A model generated the notes under the pieces. It worked only from the letters and a program-made list of their open reading frames with translations. It ran no database searches and was not told where the DNA came from. A stretch of 35,389 nt of DNA from Anaerolineales bacterium (GTDB lineage: Bacteria; Chloroflexota; Anaerolineae; Anaerolineales; UBA11579), in contig JBOGUK010000171.1 of assembly GCA_050695915.1 (NCBI GenBank), positions 1 through 35,389 of the forward strand, given 5' to 3'. Positions 17,331 to 24,698 of this stretch are shown here, one piece after another (position 1 is the first letter of the stretch; every line of letters starts with the position of its first letter). Position numbers and translations under genes: made by a program.

Positions 17331-20300
17331 ATGAAAATCGAGCTCTCCGTCAACGGCTACCTCCGCAACCAGGAGGCAGCGCCCGGTACCAGTCTTCTGA
17401 ATGCTCTCCGTTCAGAAGGCTATTATTCCGCCAAGCATGGCTGCGAGACCGGCGAGTGCGGTGCTTGCGCAGTGCTCATCGATGGCAAGCTGCTGAACTC
17501 CTGTGTTCATCTGGCTGCCCAAGCTGAGGGCCACGAGATCCAGACGCTTGAAGATGTCGGCGCGCATCCTCAGCTCGGTTGGAAACTGACCGAAGGTCTG
17601 CATCCGCTGCAGCAGGCGTTCGCCGAAAGCGGCGCCATCCAGTGCGGCTACTGCACGCCCGCCATGATCCTGGCTTCCAAACAATTGGTTGACCGCAACC
17701 CGAATCCTTCCGAAGCCGAGGTCCGCGAAACGCTCTCCGGTGTGCTGTGCCGCTGCACGGGCTACGTGAAGCCCGTGCAGGCCGTCCTGCACGCTGCCGC
17801 CGTGATGCGCGGTGAAGCCGCGCCCGGCGACATGTTCACGCCCAGCGAACTGGACAAGTTCTTCATCCCTCCCGCCGCCGATAAACCCGGCGGCAACGGC
17901 GACCTGGTCTCGGGCGACGGAACCGCCATCCAGGTCCTGCCTAAAGTGTTAATCGCCCCGCAGACAGAAACCTGGAAGAAGGTTGGTCGCCCGGAAGTGA
18001 AGGTCGACGCGGTGAAACTCGTGCAGGGCAAGCCCGCCTTCGCCGCTGATTTCGAGAAACGCGGCTTGCTACACGCCAAAGTGCTCAAGAGCCCGCATGC
18101 GCACGCGCGCATCAAATCCATCGATGCCAGCAAGGCGCGCGAGCTGCCCGGCGTGGCCGCAGTCCTCACGCACGTGGATCTTCCGCGCGTGGTGTATTCC
18201 ACAGCCGGCCAATCCGATCCCATCCCGGGCCCTCTCGATATGTTCTCGTTGGACAACAAGATGCGCTTCGTCGGCGACCGCGCCGCCTTCGTGGCCGCGG
18301 AGACGCCGGAGATCGCTGAGCAGGCGCTTGGGCTAATCGACGTCGAATACGAAGTCCTGCCTGCGATCCTCGACTCGCGCGAAGCGATGAATCCCGGCGC
18401 GGTGCAGCTCCACGACGAGCCTGAATACGTCAACTTTGAAGAATCAGATCCAACGAAAAACCTGGCCGCGCACATCCACATCGACATCGGCGACGTTGAA
18501 AAGGGCTTCGCCGAAGCCGACCAGGTCTTCGAGTTCGAGTATGCCGTCCCCAAAGTGCAGCAGGTCTCCATCGAGCCTCACGTGGTAATCACTTATTGGG
18601 ACGAAGACGATCGCCTCGTCATCCGCACCAGCACGCAGGTTCCCTTCCACGTGCGCCGCCAAATGGCACCGGTACTTGGCCTGCCCATCAAGCGCATCCG
18701 CGTGGTCAAGCCGCGCATCGGCGGCGGTTTCGGCGGCAAACAGGAGGTGATGATCGAGGATGTCGCTGCACACCTCACCATCGCCACCGGTCGCCCCGTG
18801 ATCTACGAATACACTCGCGAAGAAGAATTCATCGCTGCCCGCTCGCGCCATCCCATGCGCGTGCGTATGAAGACCGGCGTGAAGAACGATGGCACCATCA
18901 CCGCCAACGCCATGTACGCCCTCAGCGATACAGGCGCCTACGGTTGCCACGCGCTCACCGTGGCCGGCAACACCGGACACAAAGCCATGGCGCTCTACGT
19001 TGGTGATGGCGCCTATCGCGAAAAGCCCAACATCCAGTTCATCACCGACGTGGTCTACACCAACACCCCGCCATCGGGCGCCTTCCGCGGCTACGGCGTG
19101 CCGCAGGGCTTCTGGCCCGTCGAGCGCCACATGGAACGCATCGCCCGCGCGCTGGGTTTGGACCCCATCGAATTCCGCCTCAAGAACGCGCTGCGCCAGG
19201 GCGAGCTGCAGCCGTTCAGCACTGCTTGGAGTGAAGGCCGTGAGCCCAGCCCCGAGACCATCATGACCAACGGTCTCGAGGAGTGCGTGCGCCAGGGGCG
19301 CGCCGCCATCGGCTGGGATCAGAAGTTCGGTAACGTGCAATGGAAGGAAGTTCCCGGCAAACTGCATCTGCGTAAAGGCATCGGCATCGCCATGGTGATG
19401 CAGGGCACCGCCATTCCTTATCTCGACATGGGTGGCGCCAGTATCAAGATGAACGACGATGGCTCGTTCAACTTGCTCGTGGGCGCCACGGACCTGGGCA
19501 CCGGCTCCGACACCGTACTGGCGCAGATGGCCGCTGAGGTGCTGGGCACCTCGCTGGATAACCTCATCGTCTATTCCTCCGATACCGATTTCACGCCCTT
19601 TGACAAAGGCGCCTATGCCTCCAGCACCACGTACATTTCCGGCGCCGCGGTAGTGAATGCCGCCGGCAAAGTGGCTGAGCGTATCCGCCTTCGCGCCGCA
19701 AAGATGCTGAACAAACGCGGCGACGAGCCCGAGGTGGACGCCGGCGAAGTCTATTTGGAGGACAGCCATGCTATCGCCCTCGATGGCCGCTCGGTAACGT
19801 TCAGCGAGATCGGCCTCGACTCCCTCCACCACGACCAGCAGGAACAAATCATGGGCGTTGGCTCCTACGTGTCGCCTGTCGCCCCTCCGCCCTTCGCCGC
19901 CCAGTTCGCCGAGGTCACAGTGGATATCGAAACCGGCATGGTCGTCGTCGACAAGTTAGTGATGGCGGTCGACTCCGGAATCATCGTTAATCCGCTCACC
20001 GCCAGCGGCCAGATCGAAGGCGGAATGACTCAGGCGCTAGGCTACGCCGTCTGCGAAGAAATGGTCTACGACGAAAAGGGTAGAGCGCGCGAACGCGATC
20101 TGCGCGACTATCACATCTACGCCGCCCACGAAATGCCGGAGCTCGAGACTATCTTCGTGGAAACCTTCGAGCCCTCGCACCCCTTCGGCGTCAAAGCCGT
20201 CGCCGAGATCCCCATGGACGGCGTGGCGCCCGCCGTGGGCAACGCCATCCTGGATGCCTGCGGCGCCGACCTGTCGGAGAACCCGGTCACGCCGGAACGC

Positions 20301-20345
20301 GTCTGGCGGGCGGTGAAGCAAAAAGGCGTCCTAGGCTTGCCATAA
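17331..20345 (+). CDS. fused [2Fe-2S] + molybdopterin-binding subunit of an XDH-family hydroxylase (XdhD-like)
   Basis: 1004 aa. The N-terminus has both 2Fe-2S cysteine clusters (CETGECGACAV; CGYCTPA...CRCTGY). The Moco domain has GGGFGGKQE, FRGYGVPQG and the catalytic Glu in KAVAEIPMDG. Blocks LIDVEYEVL, YTREEEFIA and LVIRTSTQVPFHVRRQ match E. coli XdhD as I recall it. Confidence 0.9.
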   Translation: MKIELSVNGYLRNQEAAPGTSLLNALRSEGYYSAKHGCETGECGACAVLIDGKLLNSCVHLAAQAEGHEIQTLEDVGAHPQLGWKLTEGLHPLQQAFAESGAIQCGYCTPAMILASKQLVDRNPNPSEAEVRETLSGVLCRCTGYVKPVQAVLHAAAVMRGEAAPGDMFTPSELDKFFIPPAADKPGGNGDLVSGDGTAIQVLPKVLIAPQTETWKKVGRPEVKVDAVKLVQGKPAFAADFEKRGLLHAKVLKSPHAHARIKSIDASKARELPGVAAVLTHVDLPRVVYSTAGQSDPIPGPLDMFSLDNKMRFVGDRAAFVAAETPEIAEQALGLIDVEYEVLPAILDSREAMNPGAVQLHDEPEYVNFEESDPTKNLAAHIHIDIGDVEKGFAEADQVFEFEYAVPKVQQVSIEPHVVITYWDEDDRLVIRTSTQVPFHVRRQMAPVLGLPIKRIRVVKPRIGGGFGGKQEVMIEDVAAHLTIATGRPVIYEYTREEEFIAARSRHPMRVRMKTGVKNDGTITANAMYALSDTGAYGCHALTVAGNTGHKAMALYVGDGAYREKPNIQFITDVVYTNTPPSGAFRGYGVPQGFWPVERHMERIARALGLDPIEFRLKNALRQGELQPFSTAWSEGREPSPETIMTNGLEECVRQGRAAIGWDQKFGNVQWKEVPGKLHLRKGIGIAMVMQGTAIPYLDMGGASIKMNDDGSFNLLVGATDLGTGSDTVLAQMAAEVLGTSLDNLIVYSSDTDFTPFDKGAYASSTTYISGAAVVNAAGKVAERIRLRAAKMLNKRGDEPEVDAGEVYLEDSHAIALDGRSVTFSEIGLDSLHHDQQEQIMGVGSYVSPVAPPPFAAQFAEVTVDIETGMVVVDKLVMAVDSGIIVNPLTASGQIEGGMTQALGYAVCEEMVYDEKGRARERDLRDYHIYAAHEMPELETIFVETFEPSHPFGVKAVAEIPMDGVAPAVGNAILDACGADLSENPVTPERVWRAVKQKGVLGLP

Positions 20346-20372
20346 GCTAATACTGCAAGTAAGGGGATTGGC

Positions 20373-20391
20373 GTGGGATCCAACGTCCCAC
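20373..20391 (+). terminator. weak terminator-like hairpin after the XdhD-like gene
   Basis: GTGGGA-tccaacg-TCCCAC followed a few nt later by ATTTT. The stem is only 6 bp. Confidence 0.3.
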
Positions 20392-20528
20392 ATTCAGATT
20401 TTCACCGGTCGGAGACGAACTCACTTCCCTACAAGCGACCCCAAGGCCTTTCAGGCGTCGAACCTGAACCGATCTAAATGATATACTTACGCTGTAAGCA
20501 CATTATTCGGCTAAGGAGAAGATCTGGC

Positions 20529-20774
20529 ATGCTGAGAAAAATCTTCAAAACGGGTAATAGTCTGGTAGTTTCGCTTCCGCGCGAAGTTCTGGAACCGCTC
20601 GGCCTGGCCGATGGGACAGATGTTTCCGTTGAGTTGGATCGAGAAAACTCGGAGATCGTCATCCGCCGGGCAGGCTCGCAAATCCCTCACGGTTTGGACG
20701 AAGAATTTGCTCGCCAGGTCAAAGAATTCATCGAAGAATATCGTCCTGCGCTTGAGTCCCTGACCGGGAAATGA
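20529..20774 (+). CDS. AbrB/MazE/SpoVT-family antitoxin
   Basis: MLRKIFKTGNSLVVSLPREVLEPLGL is the classic looped-hinge-helix motif. AAGGAG lies upstream and the stop overlaps the doc start (ATGA). Confidence 0.75.
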   Translation: MLRKIFKTGNSLVVSLPREVLEPLGLADGTDVSVELDRENSEIVIRRAGSQIPHGLDEEFARQVKEFIEEYRPALESLTGK

Positions 20775-21157
20775 TTTTCCTGACCACGGAGCAGGTACTT
20801 TTCATCCATTCACGCATAATTTCTGAAACTGGTGGAAGCCATGGCGTTCGTGATCTCGGCTTGTTGGAATCAGCCGTGGCGAGACCGCGATCTACTTATG
20901 AAGGAAGAAACCAGTATCCCGATCTGTTCGCAAAGGCGGCGGCGCTGATGCATTCCCTGGTTAACAATCATCCATTTGTCGATGGGAACAAACGGACCGG
21001 CGTCGCATCGGCTGCGTTGTTCCTGCGCCGCAACGGCTGGAAGCTCACCGTTTCGTCTGATGATTTGGAGTCTATAACCCTTCGTGTGACTAGCGGAAAC
21101 GTTCCTATTAATGAACTCTCCAATTGGCTGCGCTCAAATAGTGTTGGATTGTCCTGA
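20771..21157 (+). CDS. doc: type II toxin, death-on-curing (Doc, Fic fold)
   Basis: 128 aa with the Fic/Doc motif HPFVDGNKRTG. Confidence 0.85.
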   Translation: MIFLTTEQVLFIHSRIISETGGSHGVRDLGLLESAVARPRSTYEGRNQYPDLFAKAAALMHSLVNNHPFVDGNKRTGVASAALFLRRNGWKLTVSSDDLESITLRVTSGNVPINELSNWLRSNSVGLS

Positions 21158-21165
21158 CCACGGAA

Positions 21166-21247
21166 CCAATGGCGTGGTTGCTGCCATCGGAGCGCCATCC
21201 TGGATGCCCACGGCTGCAGGATAATATTTTTACCTTACACTGATTAG
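21166..21247 (+). pseudogene. 3'-terminal remnant of an XDH-family molybdopterin-subunit gene
   Basis: Two frames read NGVVAAIG / AILDAHGCRIIFLPYTD*, paralleling the C-terminus DGVAPAVGNAILDACG... of the 17331-20345 gene. They share a 16-nt identical core CGCCATCCTGGATGCC (21193-21208 vs 20243-20258), and a 1-nt gap breaks the frame. Confidence 0.45.
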
Positions 21248-21250
21248 CTC

Positions 21251-21566
21251 GTGCTAAAGTATCGATCCGTAAAAATCGGTTTTCTTTCCATCGCCGCCCT
21301 GGTGTTGGTCTTTCTCGTCGCCCGTTTTGCTCCCAATGCGGTTGACTGGCACCTTACGTTCCGTCCTGCCGCTGTTCGAGGGGCGCTCGCCGTACGATGC
21401 ACGTGTTGGCTTCACTAATGCGCCCTGGGCTCTGCTGCCATTGTTGCCAGTTGCGCTGCTGCCGGAGGCCGTCGGGCGCGGTGTCTTGTTCGTGATCACG
21501 TTTGCTGTGATGGCTGTTGCCGCCGTCAGGCTCGGCGCCAAGCACATTGACCAGTTGACCTCCTGA
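21251..21566 (+). pseudogene. truncated, frameshifted N-terminal fragment of a polytopic membrane protein (DUF2029/GT87-like by eye)
   Basis: The frame from GTG 21251 reads VLKYRSVKIGFLSIAALVLVFLVARFAPNAVDWHLTFRPAA. The +1 frame continues LFEGRSPYDARVGFTNAPWALLPLLPVALLPEAVGRGVLFVITFAVMAVAAVRLG...*. Only about 105 aa remain in total. Confidence 0.3.
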
Positions 21567-21596
21567 CCTCCTGACTTCCCGACCTCCAGACCTCGA
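21557..21596. repeat. five tandem copies of an 8-bp unit GACCTCCN
   Basis: GACCTCCT GACCTCCT GACTTCCC GACCTCCA GACCTCGA, read directly from the sequence and ending 17 nt before the xdhC ATG. Confidence 0.8.
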
Positions 21597-21613
21597 TCCA
21601 TTATCATTACCCC

Positions 21614-22429
21614 ATGCCCGTCTTCTCCCGCCTCGCCGAGCTGCAAGCTAGCGGCGAGGCCGCCGCTCTCTGCACCGTCACCCGCACCAGCGGCTCCGTT
21701 CCCCGGCGTGAGGGCGCCAAAATGCTGGTGTTCCCCGATGGCAGCATCGAGGGCACCATCGGCGGCGGCGAGATGGAAGCCCGCGTCGTCGCCGAGGCGC
21801 TTGCCGGTCTCGCCGACGGTCAGTCGCGCACACTGGAATATTCGCTTGTCGACTCTTCCCGCGGCGACCCGGGCATCTGCGGCGGCACAGTGGAGGTCTT
21901 TGTGGAACCCATTCAACCCCAACCCGCGATCCTGATCATCGGGGCTGGTCACGTCGGGCGCGCGCTGGCCCAGCTTGCCGGTTTCCTCGGCTACCGCGTG
22001 CTGGTCAGCGACGACCGCCCGGAAATGGCAACCCAGGAAAACGTACCGCACGCGCAATCCGTGTATCCAATACCCATTGCCGAAATCCCAAACAAATTGG
22101 ACATCAACTCTCAAACGTACATCGCTCTCACTACGCGCAACGCCCAGATCGATATCGAAGGGCTGCCTGCGCTGCTGGACAGCCCCGCGGCCTACATCGG
22201 AGTGATTGGCTCGAAGAAGCGCTGGGCCGAGGCGCGCCAAAAGATGGAAGCCAAAGGCGTCGACAAAACGAAGCTCGACCGGGTGACCTCGCCAATGGGC
22301 CTCGAACTCAATGCGGAAACCCCCGAAGAGATCGCACTAAGCATTATGGCTCAGATTGTTGCGCTACGAAGAAGGGGGGACGGGACTCACATGGCCAGCG
22401 GAGAATCGTTACCCAGCCACACTGGGTAG
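21614..22429 (+). CDS. xdhC: XdhC/CoxI-family molybdenum hydroxylase maturation factor
   Basis: 271 aa with the N-terminal XdhC_CoxI block (LCTVTRTSGSVPRREGAKMLV...GTIGGGEME) and the C-terminal Rossmann block ILIIGAGHVGRALAQLA. Confidence 0.85.
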   Translation: MPVFSRLAELQASGEAAALCTVTRTSGSVPRREGAKMLVFPDGSIEGTIGGGEMEARVVAEALAGLADGQSRTLEYSLVDSSRGDPGICGGTVEVFVEPIQPQPAILIIGAGHVGRALAQLAGFLGYRVLVSDDRPEMATQENVPHAQSVYPIPIAEIPNKLDINSQTYIALTTRNAQIDIEGLPALLDSPAAYIGVIGSKKRWAEARQKMEAKGVDKTKLDRVTSPMGLELNAETPEEIALSIMAQIVALRRRGDGTHMASGESLPSHTG

Positions 22430-22437
22430 ATTCTCCC

Positions 22438-22454
22438 GCGTTGCGAAGCAACGC
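22438..22454 (+). terminator. hairpin 9 nt after the xdhC stop (no U tract)
   Basis: GCGTTGC-gaa-GCAACGC forms a perfect 7-bp stem. Confidence 0.3.
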
Positions 22455-22666
22455 ATGAGATTAGTGATGCTGAGTCGCGGCAGCGACGGCGCCAAGATGA
22501 GCGATTAAGTGTTGGCGACCTTAATCCAGGATGGCCTAAGAAAGGGCTAATAAAAGCTAAGAAGGCGCCCGATTCCGAAAACCTATGTCCTGATATGGTT
22601 TTAGAAAACCATAGGCTTTCTACGTATTCCTGGACGCGGGCCTTTACAACGATTGCATAACTGTAG

Positions 22667-22703
22667 GGACAGGTCTCAGACCTGTCCGCCCGCCGAAGGC
22701 GGG
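22667..22703. repeat. double hairpin (REP-like)
   Basis: GGACAGGTCT-c-AGACCTGTCC (22667-22687) is immediately followed by CCCGCC-gaag-GGCGGG (22689-22703). Confidence 0.5.
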
Positions 22704-22888
22704 GACTTAGTTTACAAAAACCCCAATGTCCTGTGAAAGTAAGCAGCCTGTGGCATGATGCCAATGGGTCAGGACCGATTTGGGGGCACCGAAGGTTGTC
22801 AAGTTGTATCGACCCCCACCCCCACACAAAATCACAACAACTGGACAGGCGTCGCCTAGGCGATGGCGCAAGGCAACGTGCCGTTGCT

Positions 22889-22894
22889 TATAAT
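22889..22894 (+). promoter_or_regulatory. candidate -10 box (TATAAT) for operon 2, near-leaderless geometry
   Basis: A perfect TATAAT lies 11 nt before the ATG at 22906. The 12-bp perfect palindrome TCGCCTAGGCGA (22852-22863) lies just upstream. I found no convincing -35. Confidence 0.35.
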
Positions 22895-22905
22895 GGAATA
22901 GGAAT

Positions 22906-24339
22906 ATGTGGAAAAAATATATCACAGCCAGCAATATTGACCAGGTGGTCGAAGCCTTGGCCGAGCATGGCCCCAGCGCACGAATCGTTGCGGGCGCAAC
23001 TGACCTCATCCTGGAAATGGAACTTGGCGTTCGGTTGGGGATCGATACGCTGATCGATATCACGCGGATTTCGGGTTTAACCGAGATTCGCATCGACGAC
23101 GATGACGTTATACACCTTGGTCCCCTCGTAACGCACAACGACTGCGTGGCGTCGCCGCTGCTGCGCAAACGGGCGCTGCCGCTGACGCAGGCTGCCTGGG
23201 AAGTCGGCGCGCCGCAGATCCGCAACCGCAGCACGGTGGCCGGGAACCTGATCACGGCTTCGCCCGCCAACGACACCATCCCACCGCTGATGGCGCTGGG
23301 CACATCAGTAGTGCTGCGCTCGGTGCGCGGAGAGCGTACGGTTCCGCTTGCCAAATTCTATACCGGCCTGCGCAAAATGGTAATGGAGCCCGATGAGATG
23401 CTCACAGATATCCATTTCCCGGCGCTCGATCCCAAGATGGCGCGCGGCGCATTCATGCGCATCACGCTGCGTCGCGCCCAGGCGATCTCGGTGGTCAACG
23501 CAGCCGTTGTTTTGCATTTTGCCGGGGAGAAGGTAAAAGATGCGGCCATCACGCTCGGAGCTGTGGCTCCCGTGATCATCCAAGCAAAGAAACCTGAAGC
23601 TTTCTTGCGCGGCAGGAAACTTACCGAGAAAAATATTGCTCAAGCCGCTGAACTGGCCATGCAGGCCGCAAAACCGATTGACGACGTGCGCAGTTCCGCG
23701 GATTATCGCAGCGAAATGGTGAGGGTTGCCGTCAGCCGCATATTAGGCGAGTTGGCTCAGAAGCAGCAGCCTCAACGGATACCAGCGAAGCCGGTGATGC
23801 TTAGCTCTCTCTCAGTAGGGGCGGGGTCACCCCGTCCCATTTCACAGCAATCGGTCTTCCGCTCCGCGGAGACAGCGATTGAAACTACGATCAATGGAAA
23901 AACCTACTCGTTTTCATCCGGCCATGAAAAAACCTTGCTGCGTTTTTTGCGCGAGGAGGCACTGCTCGTTGGAACAAAAGAAGGCTGCGCCGAAGGCGAA
24001 TGCGGAGCCTGCACCGTGTTCCTGGATGGCAAGGCAGTGATGAGTTGCCTGGTCCCAGCGCCGCGGGCGCATGGCGCCGAAATTGTTACGGTTGAAGGCC
24101 TAATGCAAAATGGAAATCTGCACCCCGTCCAGCAGGCCTTCATTGAGGACGGCGCCGTGCAGTGCGGCTATTGCACGCCGGGCTTCGTGATGTCCGCTGT
24201 CAAGCTGCTGGAAGAAAGGCCAAAGCCGACCCGGGAGGAGGCGAAGCAGGCGGTAGCAGGCAACCTGTGCCGCTGCACCGGATATTACAAGATCCTGGAT
24301 GCCATTCAGCATGCAGGCCAAATGGAGGTGAAAGCATGA
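22906..24339 (+). CDS. fused FAD-binding (CoxM-like) + [2Fe-2S] (CoxS-like) subunit of an XDH-family hydroxylase
   Basis: 477 aa. The N-terminal part has VAGATDLILE and IRNRSTVAGNLITASPANDTIPPLMALG. After an approx. 40-aa linker, the C-terminal part has GCAEGECGACTV, CGYCTPG and CRCTGY. Confidence 0.9.
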   Translation: MWKKYITASNIDQVVEALAEHGPSARIVAGATDLILEMELGVRLGIDTLIDITRISGLTEIRIDDDDVIHLGPLVTHNDCVASPLLRKRALPLTQAAWEVGAPQIRNRSTVAGNLITASPANDTIPPLMALGTSVVLRSVRGERTVPLAKFYTGLRKMVMEPDEMLTDIHFPALDPKMARGAFMRITLRRAQAISVVNAAVVLHFAGEKVKDAAITLGAVAPVIIQAKKPEAFLRGRKLTEKNIAQAAELAMQAAKPIDDVRSSADYRSEMVRVAVSRILGELAQKQQPQRIPAKPVMLSSLSVGAGSPRPISQQSVFRSAETAIETTINGKTYSFSSGHEKTLLRFLREEALLVGTKEGCAEGECGACTVFLDGKAVMSCLVPAPRAHGAEIVTVEGLMQNGNLHPVQQAFIEDGAVQCGYCTPGFVMSAVKLLEERPKPTREEAKQAVAGNLCRCTGYYKILDAIQHAGQMEVKA

Positions 24340-24698
24340 GAGGTCAACGAAGGCAAAGCGGTCCGTTTCCGTGGAAGGTTCACCCGATTTGGCGAGGCAT
24401 CGGCTTGTTCATGGCCATTTTGATCCCGGTGATTGCATACGGTCTGGTGGAGACTATCCTGGAGCGCGCCCAGATTGGAAACAGCGAGCTGGCTCGCACA
24501 CTGCAAAGTCCGAGCCCCTGGGGCCTTGACTTCCCCGTTCTAAGGGTCATTTTGGTCGTGGTTGCCAGCTTTGTTCTCTATCTCGTTTTTTCCATCCTTG
24601 GATCGCTTCTGTATTCGCTCCTCGGTGGACCTCAGAACGAGGAACTCGCCCAGCGCACACCACCGAACATTTTCCGAAGTGGGAGATCGGGCCGGTGA
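24336..24698 (+). CDS. small two-TM membrane protein, no recognised family
   Basis: 120 aa with basic termini and two hydrophobic spans (IGLFMAILIPVIAYGLV; VILVVVASFVLYLVFSILGSLLYSLL). The ATG overlaps the upstream stop (ATGA) and its own stop overlaps the downstream GTG start (GTGA). Confidence 0.6.
   Translation: MRGQRRQSGPFPWKVHPIWRGIGLFMAILIPVIAYGLVETILERAQIGNSELARTLQSPSPWGLDFPVLRVILVVVASFVLYLVFSILGSLLYSLLGGPQNEELAQRTPPNIFRSGRSGR

Noticed and set aside
18444-19847. 467-aa ORF on the minus strand (with companions at 17762-18571 and 17412-17792)
   Set aside because: It lies entirely inside, and antisense to, the 1004-aa FeS+Moco gene, which has strong motif support. I treat it as a shadow ORF.
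21254-22240. 328-aa ORF on the minus strand
   Set aside because: It is antisense to the clearly recognisable xdhC gene. Its translation is Gly/Ala/Arg-rich low complexity, typical of shadow ORFs in GC-rich DNA, with no family motif.
22430-22905. Possible Moco riboswitch or purine/xanthine riboswitch upstream of operon 2
   Set aside because: I could not find the conserved core strings I associate with the Moco RNA motif (a GCCUCC-type segment plus a GGAAAGG-type 3' part) or the purine riboswitch junction. I left it as an open check with Infernal rather than a call.
22387-23354. 146-aa and 215-aa minus-strand ORFs across the long intergenic region and into the FAD+FeS gene
   Set aside because: They have no motif support. 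They overlap each other and the well-supported plus-strand gene, and their composition is typical of non-coding or antisense sequence.
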